A stretch of DNA of 64,000 nt, from assembly GCA_041649135.1 (NCBI GenBank), contig JBAZNQ010000001.1, forward strand, positions 227,037 to 291,036, in the 5' to 3' direction. Of the stretch, positions 28,507-38,836 are shown one piece after another. Position 1 is the first letter of the stretch. Each line of letters begins with the position of its first letter. The DNA is from Patescibacteria group bacterium (lineage in GTDB: Bacteria > Patescibacteriota > Kazan-3B-28). A model generated the notes under the pieces. That model was not told the DNA's origin and made no database searches. It was given only the letters and a program-made list of their open reading frames with translations. Both the position numbers and the translations under genes were made by a program.

Positions 28507-29037
28507 TTACAGTACCTTTTTGCCTTCTACAATATCAACATATCTGGCGATATCGTAAAGGTTGATTAGAAGTTCAATCTCCCGCTGACATGGGTATTGG
28601 TGTCGCCAGACACTATGCTGAATCTTCTTGAAACCCAACTGAACTAACTGACCGCGAAATACCTCCCTTGCCAACTTTTTTCGTTCTGGGATATCAAACA
28701 TCACAAAGCGATACAACCCATCCCATGGATCTTGTCGGGGAATTTGTATTTCGTCAGCCCGATATTCCAACACTCTCTGTTTGCCAGCTTTGGTTAAATA
28801 AAGTTTGGTCTTGCCGTTTTGTTCACTCGTTGCTATCAACCCGTCATCTTCGAGCTGTTGAAGTTTTCGCTTAATCACCGCCGGCTCTACACTACGACGA
28901 CGATACTGTTTCGCAAACGGCTTTAGTAACGCCGCTAAGCCAGGTGCTACTGCTATCAATACCAACACTCCGCCTGCCAATGCAATGCCGAGTAGAATAT
29001 CTCTCGCCAAGTTTAGCCTTTCCGCTCTCTCCCCCAT
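28507..29037 (-). CDS. PaaX-like wHTH plus Cas2-like domain protein
   Basis: LTKAGK wing; WDGLYRFVMFDIPERKK..R...GFKKIQHSVW. Confidence 0.8.
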   Translation of the reverse strand: MGERAERLNLARDILLGIALAGGVLVLIAVAPGLAALLKPFAKQYRRRSVEPAVIKRKLQQLEDDGLIATSEQNGKTKLYLTKAGKQRVLEYRADEIQIPRQDPWDGLYRFVMFDIPERKKLAREVFRGQLVQLGFKKIQHSVWRHQYPCQREIELLINLYDIARYVDIVEGKKVL

Positions 29038-29056
29038 ATACTCATTCTATCATTAG

Positions 29057-29091
29057 CACGTTGAGTTAAAGCGGCCGCATAACTCAACGTG
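29057..29091. repeat. Near-identical second copy of the 34-bp palindrome
   Basis: cacgttgagttaaagcggccgcataactcaacgtg. Confidence 0.95.
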
Positions 29092-29117
29092 TATTCAAAA
29101 ACATCAATCCCCAAGAC

Positions 29118-30716
29118 TTAATTTCGACTCATTTTGGGACCGCTTGAGGTATCCTCTACCGCAAAACCTAATCTACTAATTTGTGTGCGAAGCTGGTCTG
29201 CCTTTTTCCAATTCTTAGCCTGACGCGCTTTTTCCCGCTCTGCTACCAGTTTTTTCACCTCCACGGGAATCGTTAATGGCTTATCATCTTTCAGCCCCAG
29301 CCCCAACACTCTATCGAAATCCAGTAGGGTGGTCTGCTTATCAGCCAATGACTTTTTTGATTTCACTAACTCCCAAACTACCGCCATCGCCTTTGACATA
29401 TTCAAATCATCATTCAGAGCCGACCCGAACCGTTTTTTGTATGTTGCGTCCACTTTCCCCTTGCCATTCTCCTGCTGTACAGCAGGACGGGAATCCATTT
29501 TTGTTTTTCCTGTCTGGATCCCCGATCGAGTCGGGGATGACGAGGAAGAGATGCTGAATACAGCTCGAAGTTTATTCAAGGAATTGCTAGCACCTTCCAA
29601 TGCCTGCAACGAGAACACAAGGTTACTACGATAATGGCTACCAATCGCCAAGTAACGAAAAGCAATTGGATCAACTTCATTTTTTACTAAATCAGCCAGA
29701 TTAATAACATTGCCTTTACTTTTTGACATCTTAATCATACCCATTTCTTCACCGCAAACTCCGCACTTGCCACAATAAACCAAAGTACCATCTGGTAGTC
29801 TCTTTCTAACTAGCTTTCTCTTGCTGATAGATGTTTCATGCCCCTTGCTACATACCATTTTATTGCTTACCCAGCCAATAAAACTCAATGGATCAATTAC
29901 CATAAAGGCATTATGGAACCAATATTTTGCCAACGGCTTATTGTATGCCGCTTCGCTTTGCGCAATTTCATTATTGTGATGTGTCGCAATATGATCCTCT
30001 CCGCCAGTATGAATATCAAATGGTTGACCTAATTCTTTAGTAGAAATTGCCGAACATTCAATATGCCAGCCCGGATACCCCACCCCCCAAGGAGATTTCC
30101 ACTCCTGTTGCCGTTTTTCTGTTCCAGAAAACTTCCACAGCGCAAAATCGGTCTGCCTCTTCTTTTCCTTGCTGTGCGCCACCCTCGCTCTGCTCGAAGA
30201 CCCCCCAAAGCCTTGGCGAAGGGGGGCCAGCTTGCCGTATCCCTTAAATTTTGCGGTATCAAAATAAATCCCATCAGTAGTTTTGTATGTGTATCCCTTT
30301 TTCTCTAATTTTTTAATTAAAGCTATTTGTTCCTTGATGTACTTACTCGCCCATGCAAATTTCACCGGCATTTCAATATTCAACGCTTTCAAATCTTTCA
30401 TAAACTGCTCGGCATAAAACTTGGTAATTTCCTTCGCGGTTTTGTGCTCTTTCTTTGCTTCTCGTTCTACCTTGTCTTCGCCCGTATCCGCATCAGACGT
30501 TAAATGCCCAACATCCGTAATATTCATTACCTGTTTCACTTTGTAGCCGTTGTATTCCAAAGTTCGGCGCAAAATATCTTCCGCCAAATATGCTCGTAGA
30601 TTACCGATATGCGCATACTGATACACTGTTGGTCCGCAGGTGTACATCGAAACCTGGCCTTTCTTCAAAGGCCTAAATTCCTGCTTCTTCCGACCTAGTG
30701 TATTGAATAGCTTCAT
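29118..30716 (-). CDS. cysS: Cysteine--tRNA ligase with internal insertions
   Basis: CGPTVY..HIGN, DFALWK, PGWHIECS, KMSKS, ADQLR. Confidence 0.97.
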   Translation of the reverse strand: MKLFNTLGRKKQEFRPLKKGQVSMYTCGPTVYQYAHIGNLRAYLAEDILRRTLEYNGYKVKQVMNITDVGHLTSDADTGEDKVEREAKKEHKTAKEITKFYAEQFMKDLKALNIEMPVKFAWASKYIKEQIALIKKLEKKGYTYKTTDGIYFDTAKFKGYGKLAPLRQGFGGSSSRARVAHSKEKKRQTDFALWKFSGTEKRQQEWKSPWGVGYPGWHIECSAISTKELGQPFDIHTGGEDHIATHHNNEIAQSEAAYNKPLAKYWFHNAFMVIDPLSFIGWVSNKMVCSKGHETSISKRKLVRKRLPDGTLVYCGKCGVCGEEMGMIKMSKSKGNVINLADLVKNEVDPIAFRYLAIGSHYRSNLVFSLQALEGASNSLNKLRAVFSISSSSSPTRSGIQTGKTKMDSRPAVQQENGKGKVDATYKKRFGSALNDDLNMSKAMAVVWELVKSKKSLADKQTTLLDFDRVLGLGLKDDKPLTIPVEVKKLVAEREKARQAKNWKKADQLRTQISRLGFAVEDTSSGPKMSRN

Positions 30717-30895
30717 ATTTTTTCTTTCTGGATTCCCGCCTTCGCGGGAATGACGAGAAGGGAACGACTTAATGTATTAAATAGTTTTAGTATTTTTCGC
30801 CTGGTCATCCTGAATTAATTTCAGGATCTAGATTCTGAAACAAGTTCAGAATGATAAATAATATGTATTAAGCTATTTTCCCCCTCTGGGTGTAT

Positions 30896-31804
30896 TTACA
30901 CCATTTTTAATCCAAAGATTCGTGGAAATATCAATCGCCCATCTACTATCAATGCGCCCAACAGTACCAACAACCCACCATAAATATTATGAGCGGTCAG
31001 ACTCTCGTGTAAAAATATTACTGACAAAATTGCCACCTGAATGATCATCGTACTATCCAGAATAGATGCTTCCAACACCTTCAGCTTGTCCAAAACATTT
31101 CCCCAAATCAATCCACCAAAAGCAAAAATCAGTGCCACCACTACTAAACTAACTACCAGCCGAATATCCCAGTTAATTGCCGGCATCCCATCAGTTAATA
31201 AACCAATCGGCACCAATACCATCGCAGCCACCCCATTGCCAATCAGCATTAACGGCAGAGTCACGTTATCAGTATGAGCTTTAGCAATTATGCGACCAAC
31301 CGAATTATTAAAGGCATATCCCACCTCTGCCAATATCAACAACGCTACCCCCAACAAAGTTCCGCCCAATACCTGATGGCCCAAGAAAATTACCAAGCCC
31401 GTCGCTACTAAAACCACTCCCAAATACTGTTCCAAGCGTGGTTTTTCTTTTACTAAAATACCCGACATCAACAAAGTAAACAGCACACTGGTGGCCGCAA
31501 CCAAACCAGCCGTGGCACCGGTCACGTACTGCAAACCAATCATTACAAATAAAGTCGCACCGCCATAGCCAACCGCCCCCGCTAACACCATCAAATATTT
31601 GTCCCGCACCGAAATTTTAAAAGAATACTTCTCTCGCTCAAACCACATATAAATCAGCAGCACAACCAACACCACCAACTGCAATACTGCCGCAAAGAAA
31701 TATGGCGGGATCTCTTCCAATCCCATCTTCAAAATAATTTTTGAGGCCGACCAGATAAATACTACGAACAGCCCCTGCAGTAGAAATGGTAATTTAGATT
31801 TCAT
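30896..31804 (-). CDS. DMT/EamA family transporter
   Basis: Ten TM segments in two EamA repeats; AGGAG upstream. Confidence 0.87.
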   Translation of the reverse strand: MKSKLPFLLQGLFVVFIWSASKIILKMGLEEIPPYFFAAVLQLVVLVVLLIYMWFEREKYSFKISVRDKYLMVLAGAVGYGGATLFVMIGLQYVTGATAGLVAATSVLFTLLMSGILVKEKPRLEQYLGVVLVATGLVIFLGHQVLGGTLLGVALLILAEVGYAFNNSVGRIIAKAHTDNVTLPLMLIGNGVAAMVLVPIGLLTDGMPAINWDIRLVVSLVVVALIFAFGGLIWGNVLDKLKVLEASILDSTMIIQVAILSVIFLHESLTAHNIYGGLLVLLGALIVDGRLIFPRIFGLKMV

Positions 31805-31835
31805 AGACAGAACTACTCCTTCACGATTTCTGTTC

Positions 31836-31927
31836 GTCATTCTGGCTTGCCTGCCCGCCTTGGGAGGGACCAGAATCTTATCGAATATCTATACGATTCT
31901 GGATGCGCTTCGCTTACCAGAATGACG
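31836..31927. repeat. RPE-like element nearly identical to 52529-52631
   Basis: gtcattctggcttgcctgcccgccttgggagggaccagaatctta...tatacgattctggatgcg...ttaccagaatgacg. Confidence 0.85.
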
Positions 31928-31940
31928 GCTACCACAGGAC

Positions 31941-31996
31941 TTCACTCTTCACTCTTCACTCTTCACTCTTCACTCTTCACTCTTCACTCTTCACTT
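31941..31996. repeat. (TTCACTC)7 plus one imperfect unit
   Basis: Direct reading. Confidence 0.95.
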
Positions 31997-32032
31997 CGTA
32001 GATCATCCCGAAGCCTTGTGCGAAGGGTGACT

Positions 32033-32665
32033 TCACTCTTCACTATTAACTTTTTCACCTGTCCCCATTATCTCACTCCTACCCTCTAATGCTCGCGTTA
32101 GGGTCAGCTCGTCAGCATATTCCAAATCTCCGCCCATCGGCAGTCCTCTTGCGATCCGCGACACCTTAATCGCCATTCCAGACAGCATTTTGATTACAAA
32201 AGTCGCCGTTGCTTCGCCTTCCACATTTGGATTGGTCGCAATAATTACCTCTTTGATCTCCGAGCTACTTGCTAATCGATCTCGCAAACTGGCGATCTGC
32301 AATTCATTGGGCCCGATCCCGTCTAATGGGCTAATTCGCCCACCTAGCACATGATACAAGCCGCCAAAACCAGCCCGCTCCAGCGCCATCACATCCAGCG
32401 GCTCTTCCACCACCGCCAACATCGACTGGTCACGCAGTTTATCTTCACAAATTTTACACGGGTTCTGATCGGCAATGTTGTGACATGTCTCACAGTACAC
32501 AATGTCTTCTTTTAAATTCAAAAACGCCTCACCTAAACTCTTGTGATCAACATTAGCATTTCTTAACAAATAGAAAGCCAACCGAGAAGCCGTCTTCGGA
32601 CCGATCCCTGGTAATTGGCTTAACTCGTTAATTAATCGCTCAATCGATTTTGGTAAAGTCTGCAT
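32033..32665 (-). CDS. recR: Recombination mediator RecR
   Basis: LPGIGPKTA, C4 zinc finger, ATNPNVEGEATA, GGDLEYAD. Confidence 0.97.
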   Translation of the reverse strand: MQTLPKSIERLINELSQLPGIGPKTASRLAFYLLRNANVDHKSLGEAFLNLKEDIVYCETCHNIADQNPCKICEDKLRDQSMLAVVEEPLDVMALERAGFGGLYHVLGGRISPLDGIGPNELQIASLRDRLASSSEIKEVIIATNPNVEGEATATFVIKMLSGMAIKVSRIARGLPMGGDLEYADELTLTRALEGRSEIMGTGEKVNSEE

Positions 32666-32734
32666 CTGTATTTAGGTAAAGCGCCGCAGGCGCTTCCAAA
32701 ATTATTCACCATTAACTATTAACTTTTCACTCCC

Positions 32735-33034
32735 TTAGATATTCAGTCCTAAATCCCCCGCTACACTCTTCATCTTCTGCGCCGAAGCCTGTTGAGCCTT
32801 AGTAATTGCCGCGTTGGCCGCTTGTCTCACAAATCGCTCAACCGCCGCCTTTTCAGTCGGTGCCAACAAATCCTCCGCAATTTCAACTGACTGTACCTTT
32901 TGTTCTCCATCTACTATCACTTTTACCTTGCCACCCAGTTCGATACCTTCAAACATCAACTCCTTCAATTCCTTTTGAATTGCTCGAGCCTTACTCTGTA
33001 ACTGCCACATTCTTTTTGCTTTATCGAATACCAT
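32735..33034 (-). CDS. ybaB: YbaB/EbfC nucleoid-associated protein
   Basis: Adjacent to recR; GGKVKVIVDGEQ. Confidence 0.88.
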   Translation of the reverse strand: MVFDKAKRMWQLQSKARAIQKELKELMFEGIELGGKVKVIVDGEQKVQSVEIAEDLLAPTEKAAVERFVRQAANAAITKAQQASAQKMKSVAGDLGLNI

Positions 33035-33122
33035 AGAAAATAAGTTAAAAGTTAACAGTTAAAAGTGAATAATTATGGTAAAAATCAAATTCCTCAATTG
33101 TTAACTGTTCACTGTTCACTAT

Positions 33123-33881
33123 TCACTGTTCACTAAGAGTTATCTTATTAATCACGATTGGTGTCTTCGGACGGCTAACCTCTCCTTGACCGTTATCTTC
33201 TACTGGCATTGCGGCAATCTTGTCCACCACATCCATTCCCTCCACTACCTTTCCAAAGATGACATAACTTTTTGGCAAATCTGTGGCATCCTGATGCACG
33301 ATAAAGAACTGACTACCGTTGGTATTCGCCCCTGAATTTGCCATTGCTACCGTTCCACGGCTATATTCACCAACTATTTTTTCATCATCAAACTGATATC
33401 CCGGTCCGCCAGTTCCGTCATCACTCGGATCATCGTCTTTAGAATTCGGATCGCCAGTCTGGATCATGAAATCTTTAATTACCCGATGAAACTTAATGCC
33501 GTCATAAAAATTCCTCTTCGCCAGCAACACGAAACTGGCCGCTGTCTTAGGAGTATTATCTGTATCTAACTCGATCTTGATATTACCCTGACTGGTTTCT
33601 AGTGTCGCGAATTTATTCTGGGCCAATTCCTCTTTTGTAATTTCTCCGAACGGACCCTTCACTTTTCCCGCCAAACCGTTCCAATCAACCTGTTGAAACC
33701 CCCAAATTCCGGCCCAAACCAACGCTCCCAATACGGCTAACCCGCCAAAACCCAAACCAATTCGTAACATCCATTTTCGCCATGGCGCCCATTCCAAACT
33801 CGCCCGCGCCCGCAACTCTTGCCGGATATTTTTTTCTTCAGCTAATTTTCGTGCTTTTCTTTCGCGTGATCTTCTAGACAT
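33123..33881 (-). CDS. Membrane-anchored cyclophilin-type PPIase
   Basis: FHRVIKDFMIQTGDP, AMANSGANTNGSQFFI. Confidence 0.93.
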   Translation of the reverse strand: MSRRSRERKARKLAEEKNIRQELRARASLEWAPWRKWMLRIGLGFGGLAVLGALVWAGIWGFQQVDWNGLAGKVKGPFGEITKEELAQNKFATLETSQGNIKIELDTDNTPKTAASFVLLAKRNFYDGIKFHRVIKDFMIQTGDPNSKDDDPSDDGTGGPGYQFDDEKIVGEYSRGTVAMANSGANTNGSQFFIVHQDATDLPKSYVIFGKVVEGMDVVDKIAAMPVEDNGQGEVSRPKTPIVINKITLSEQ

Positions 33882-33942
33882 TTTTTCTCCTTGTTAACAG
33901 CAAAACCGGCTCGTTTCACCAGCCCCCACCCGATTTGTTAGA

Positions 33943-34146
33943 TTACTTATTATTCATCGACGACAACATCCCCCAATCAGCCGAAATGTTCGTCTGCCAG
34001 AAAATAATTTTCGGACCAGCCCAGTTGATAAACACGATCGAAACCAAAATCACGATCAACTGCCGCCAAAAGGAATTCGTAAAATTCTCTTGTCGTTTGG
34101 CTTCGGCTTTAAACGCTCGAACAAACTCATCGCTCACGATTTTCAT
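33943..34146 (-). CDS. Small hypothetical membrane protein
   Basis: Short ORF with one TM, GAGG upstream, co-oriented with neighbours. Confidence 0.45.
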   Translation of the reverse strand: MKIVSDEFVRAFKAEAKRQENFTNSFWRQLIVILVSIVFINWAGPKIIFWQTNISADWGMLSSMNNK

Positions 34147-34194
34147 CTTCCTCTCTCGTTAGCCAGCTAGTAGTTGGTATTTCTTCTCTAATGG

Positions 34195-35490
34195 CTATTG
34201 GGCTGGCTTAAATATACTTTTTATCAGATTTTGCCAGAATCCCAACGGCGGTGCTGGTGTCTGATCAACCTGTGGGGCACTCTCACTAGTCGAACCAATT
34301 ATACCGGTTTTCACTAATTTCTGTAAAATCGCCTCTGTGGTGGTTTGAGCCTGCGGTAAGTCCTCGTATACTGGTACACTCGATAACGCATCGCTAATGT
34401 CCTTGAGCTCGGCAAAATTGTTTTTCTTTAGGGCTTTTGCTTGCTGTTCCGCCACAAAATCGTCAACTTTCACAAAATCTGCCTTCACCTCGGTCGGGGT
34501 ACGCAAACTTAACGAAGGTACTTCATTCGTCCCGCCCGTCGTTGAATTGCCACCTATCGTTGAATTGCCGCTGTCTGGCCCCACCGTCGCCCCAGATGTA
34601 ACCGTTAATGTTATGGTTACACTATCCTGTACCGCCGATACATCATCCCCCACTACTGTCACCACTAAGTTATAACTCGTCGTCGGTACCGTATCAGCCG
34701 TATAAATATTTAATTCCATTTCCCCCGGCAAATCGCCCAGTTGCGCCGGCATAAAGTTCGCCGTCATCCCTCCAACCAATCCCGAAACTTGAGCAGTTAC
34801 CTTGCTGGCGTAATTATTACTTGGTGTTACGCCGATCCTAAATACTGCCGTGTTACCTGCTTTTATCGGTTGGCTCGATGGCGTGGCGGTTACCGAAAAT
34901 CCTGCCGTCGATATTGTTCCGACCGTGTCATAAACACTCAAGCCACAAATTCCCCATGCATCCGATCCATTAAAACTCGAAAATACTAAATCAGCTGTAC
35001 CAGTATCGATTTGGGCTGTTAATGTCATCACTTGCCAACTGTCCGCTATAGTTGTCGTACCAGTCGCCAACGATCCAACCCGCATTCGAGTCGACAATTT
35101 AGTATCAGCCGATCCAACCGTCGCCTTAAACGCATAAATACCTTGTTCTAACCCACTAATTCTAAAAATCGCACCCGTTGGCCCACTATTACTATCTCGT
35201 TTCATTAAATCTGATACTGTTTTATTGGAAAATTCATTAATTCCCGCCGTTACCCAACCAAATTTATAATTTCCCGAAGTTTGCGGATACATCGACAACC
35301 CGCCCTTCACCTGCACCATGTTAGGAGCTTTGTCTGATAACGACGCCCCACCAAAATCAAAACTAACCAACAAAGTAGTCGCTGTCGCCGCCCAAGTTAC
35401 ACCAACCAAGATTGCTAACCCTAAAACCGCGGCCAGTACCGCCCTGATATCCCACCGGAAAAATTCAACTAACCAATGGCGATTATTCAC
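34195..35490 (-). CDS. Secreted or anchored beta-rich (Ig-like) protein
   Basis: N-terminal hydrophobic segment; Thr/Ser/Gly-rich beta strands. Confidence 0.75.
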   Translation of the reverse strand: MNNRHWLVEFFRWDIRAVLAAVLGLAILVGVTWAATATTLLVSFDFGGASLSDKAPNMVQVKGGLSMYPQTSGNYKFGWVTAGINEFSNKTVSDLMKRDSNSGPTGAIFRISGLEQGIYAFKATVGSADTKLSTRMRVGSLATGTTTIADSWQVMTLTAQIDTGTADLVFSSFNGSDAWGICGLSVYDTVGTISTAGFSVTATPSSQPIKAGNTAVFRIGVTPSNNYASKVTAQVSGLVGGMTANFMPAQLGDLPGEMELNIYTADTVPTTSYNLVVTVVGDDVSAVQDSVTITLTVTSGATVGPDSGNSTIGGNSTTGGTNEVPSLSLRTPTEVKADFVKVDDFVAEQQAKALKKNNFAELKDISDALSSVPVYEDLPQAQTTTEAILQKLVKTGIIGSTSESAPQVDQTPAPPLGFWQNLIKSIFKPAQ

Positions 35491-35696
35491 ATTCCCATTA
35501 TACCAGTCTTCGCTTCCTTAGTAGGAAGCTACGCCTGGCTGACGCCACTCTAATTTTCGCTAGAGCAACCAAGCCTGACTAATGTCACATAAAAAATAAA
35601 AGCGAAGACTGCCCTGCGTAGTCCTGCATAGCTGTTAAGCGACGCACGGACGAAGCATGGGCCCCATCCCCAGTTTCCCCTTCCTCCAAGAGTGTT

Positions 35697-37058
35697 TTAC
35701 ACCGGAGTTTCGATCAGAGCCTCTTCCGGCTCCTCCATCTGCCGTCGTTCCAAATCTCTAAACGTCATCCGACTAGCGTCAAAATAAAGTTCCACCTTAC
35801 CGGTCGGTCCATTGCGATGTTTAGCAATAAAGATATCGGCGATATTCTTTCGGCTGGTATCTGGTTCGTAATATTCCTCTCGATATACGAACAACACCAC
35901 ATCTGCATCTTGTTCGATCGAACCAGACTCTCGCAAATCTGATAGTTGGGGAATTTTTCTTGGTCGTTGCTCGACCGCCCGAGACAACTGCGATACTGCG
36001 ATCACTGGAATATTCAGTTCCTTAGCCAATGCCTTCAATGACCGAGAAATTTCCGAAATCTCCTGTACCCGCCCTTCATAACTACGCGAACCTTCCATCA
36101 ACTGAATGTGATCAATGATCAACAGATCCAAGCCCTTCTCGGTTTTCAGCCGCCGCGCTTTGGTGCGGATTTCCATCACTGTCATAAATGCGGTGTCATC
36201 AATATAAATCGGCGCATCGGCTAATTTACCCATCGCCTCCGACAATTTTTCAAAATCATCCGGCGCGAGATTACCCGTCCGCAGTTTCCATGCATCAATC
36301 CCCGACTGGGTAGACAATAATCGATCGATCAACTGTTCTTTAGACATTTCCAGGCTAAAAATTCCGACTGCAAAATGTCCGTCCCGAGCCGCGTTTAGCG
36401 CCATATTCAAAGCCAGTGAAGTTTTACCCATGCTCGGACGAGCGGCAATGATCATCAAGTCAGATCCTTGTAGACCTGCCAGCATATTATCCAAATCCGA
36501 AAATCCGGTTGGCACACCGCGCAATTGTCCCCGATTTTCGTGCAAACTATCAATTCTTTCAAAAGTTTCGTTCAAGACATCTTTCACCATTGTGAAACTA
36601 TTTTTCAAATGTTTCCGCGACACCGCAAACAATACCTGTTCGGACTTATCCAACGCATCATCTAACTTCATTTCAGAAGTCAGTGCCAATTCGCCAATCG
36701 TTGCCGACGCGCTGATCAATCGACGCAAAGTAGCTTTGTTCGCGATAATTTCGGCATACTGTCCGGCATGAGCTGTGCTTGGTGTACTGGCAGTCAGCGC
36801 CGCAATTTTAGTCGCCCCGCCCACCATCTCTAATTTTCCTAGATTAGATAACTTATCTGTTACTGTCACTAAATCAACCGGCTGTCGATCTTCGTATAAT
36901 TCCAAAATCGCCGAATACACCAATCCGTTTCTCTCATCATAAAAGTCGGCTGGCCGGACGACATCCGCTACCCGCACAATAATATCTTTATCGAGCAACA
37001 AAGCGCCCAACAACGATTTTTCCGCATCCAAATTTTGTGGGGGTAGTGTCTGTGTCAC
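35697..37058 (-). CDS. dnaB: Replicative DNA helicase
   Basis: AARPSMGKT, FSLEMS, SDLRESGSIEQDAD, KHRNGPTG. Confidence 0.98.
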   Translation of the reverse strand: MTQTLPPQNLDAEKSLLGALLLDKDIIVRVADVVRPADFYDERNGLVYSAILELYEDRQPVDLVTVTDKLSNLGKLEMVGGATKIAALTASTPSTAHAGQYAEIIANKATLRRLISASATIGELALTSEMKLDDALDKSEQVLFAVSRKHLKNSFTMVKDVLNETFERIDSLHENRGQLRGVPTGFSDLDNMLAGLQGSDLMIIAARPSMGKTSLALNMALNAARDGHFAVGIFSLEMSKEQLIDRLLSTQSGIDAWKLRTGNLAPDDFEKLSEAMGKLADAPIYIDDTAFMTVMEIRTKARRLKTEKGLDLLIIDHIQLMEGSRSYEGRVQEISEISRSLKALAKELNIPVIAVSQLSRAVEQRPRKIPQLSDLRESGSIEQDADVVLFVYREEYYEPDTSRKNIADIFIAKHRNGPTGKVELYFDASRMTFRDLERRQMEEPEEALIETPV

Positions 37059-37183
37059 AAATAGTTAAAAGTTAAAGGTGAATAGTAATAAGTTCTGGTA
37101 TTCCGGTAAAACCGGAATTTCAATCGTTTTTTACTTTTATTTGATTATTGGTTATTGATTATTGGTTATTAGCCACTATTGGC

Positions 37184-38731
37184 TTAGATTGCTTCTCCGA
37201 ACACTTCACTAATATTCCGAATATCGATTGGTTGTTCGGACATTGATTCTTCTACCACACATTTAATCTTACAAACATACCCAACCTCTTCGAACGCTTG
37301 GCGTAATAGTTGTAAACTAGCCGGTTGTTCCATTTTTTCTTTATGAAATTTCTGGCTAAATTTTATCACTACCACATCTTCCGACGGTTCCACCTGTACC
37401 CGACTCAACATCCCCGCCAAAGTCGGACTCAATAATCTTACCTGTTCCAATACCTTCGGCCAAATCTGTTGTAGCTCACTCAAGTTCAGCGTCGAAGGAG
37501 CGGCTAGTTGAGATTTTACCACGCCTGTTGGAGCCAAACTGGCTGGCGTCTGATTTGCCACTGTATCTCCTCCGTCCGTCGAAGAAACTCCTTTAGAGTC
37601 AGAAGATGTACCCCCGAGGGACCGAGGGGCTACCTTGTCATCTCTGTTCGAGGGACTACCTTGTCCCGCCAGTTTTACTACCGCGATCTCCAATGGCGTC
37701 TGTGGCACTACTGCCGATTTTATTTCTTGTCCTGCCCACATCAACTCCTGCATCATCACCACAATTTTTTGAACCGATAATTTATCTGCCAAACGCATTA
37801 ATTGTTGAACCTGTTCTTTGGTAATTGGCAACTGCCCCTGATTACCCAACTTTGTTGCCAAAATCTGTCGCACTAATGCGATCCATGTCGCCGTTAGTCG
37901 ATTTAGATCGTAGCCATTGTGATATAACTCATCCACTTTTGCTAAAATCTCTTTTGATCTATCGTCGACCAACCATTCTGTCATTTCGTATACCGTCTGC
38001 CAGTCCACCAACCCCAGCCATTCAGTCAATTTCGCTTGTGTAATTTCACCTTCCATAAAGGACGCTTGTTCCAACAGACCCATCGCATCCCGTAGACTTC
38101 CACCCGACTGTCGCGCAATAAATTCCAATCCATCCGACGAGATACTAATACTCTCTGATTTCGCCACCTCTGCCAGATGTTTCGCCGCCTCGTTCATCGG
38201 CACATATCGGAAATCAAACCGCTGACAGCGGGAAATTATCGTCGGCAACAATTTATCTGGATCGGTAGTCGCCAAGACAAAAATCGCATGAGCTGGCGGC
38301 TCCTCAAGCGTTTTTAGCAGCGCGTTACTAGCTTCTTTTGTCAGCTGGTGCGCTTCATCAATCACATAAATTTTATATTTGCCTTGGCTTGGCGCCAGCG
38401 CAATTTTGGAAATCAATTCCCGAATATTATCAATACTCCGATTTGATGCCGCATCAATCTCGATCAAATCCATCATTTGATTATTATCAAACGCGACACA
38501 ATGCGTACATTTGCCACAAGGTTCACCATGCTCACTATTTAAACAATTTACGCTCCTTGCCAGTATCCGCGCTACTGATGTTTTGCCCGTTCCTTTTGGT
38601 CCGGTAAATAAATACGCATGGCCGATCTGCCCGCTGGCTAATTGATTCCCCAAAGTTACTTTAATATAGTCTTGCCCGACTACATCAAATAACGTCTTCG
38701 GCCGATATTTACGATAAAGCGCCTGCCTCAT
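37184..38731 (-). CDS. dnaX: DNA polymerase III subunit gamma/tau
   Basis: LYRKYRP, GPKGTGKTS, IDAASN, NALLKTLEEPP, SRCQ. Confidence 0.97.
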   Translation of the reverse strand: MRQALYRKYRPKTLFDVVGQDYIKVTLGNQLASGQIGHAYLFTGPKGTGKTSVARILARSVNCLNSEHGEPCGKCTHCVAFDNNQMMDLIEIDAASNRSIDNIRELISKIALAPSQGKYKIYVIDEAHQLTKEASNALLKTLEEPPAHAIFVLATTDPDKLLPTIISRCQRFDFRYVPMNEAAKHLAEVAKSESISISSDGLEFIARQSGGSLRDAMGLLEQASFMEGEITQAKLTEWLGLVDWQTVYEMTEWLVDDRSKEILAKVDELYHNGYDLNRLTATWIALVRQILATKLGNQGQLPITKEQVQQLMRLADKLSVQKIVVMMQELMWAGQEIKSAVVPQTPLEIAVVKLAGQGSPSNRDDKVAPRSLGGTSSDSKGVSSTDGGDTVANQTPASLAPTGVVKSQLAAPSTLNLSELQQIWPKVLEQVRLLSPTLAGMLSRVQVEPSEDVVVIKFSQKFHKEKMEQPASLQLLRQAFEEVGYVCKIKCVVEESMSEQPIDIRNISEVFGEAI

Positions 38732-38836
38732 AACTTATTCACCTCCTCTAACCCCTCGGAGACCACCCCGTAGCTTTAGCGAAGGGTGGCCAAAAGCACC
38801 TCCAATCATACCATGTGGATGATTTAGGCTGGATGG

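Noticed and set aside
28425-29091. CRISPR array or cas locus
   Set aside because: Only two palindromes ~600 bp apart, no spacers, no cas1 or effector genes
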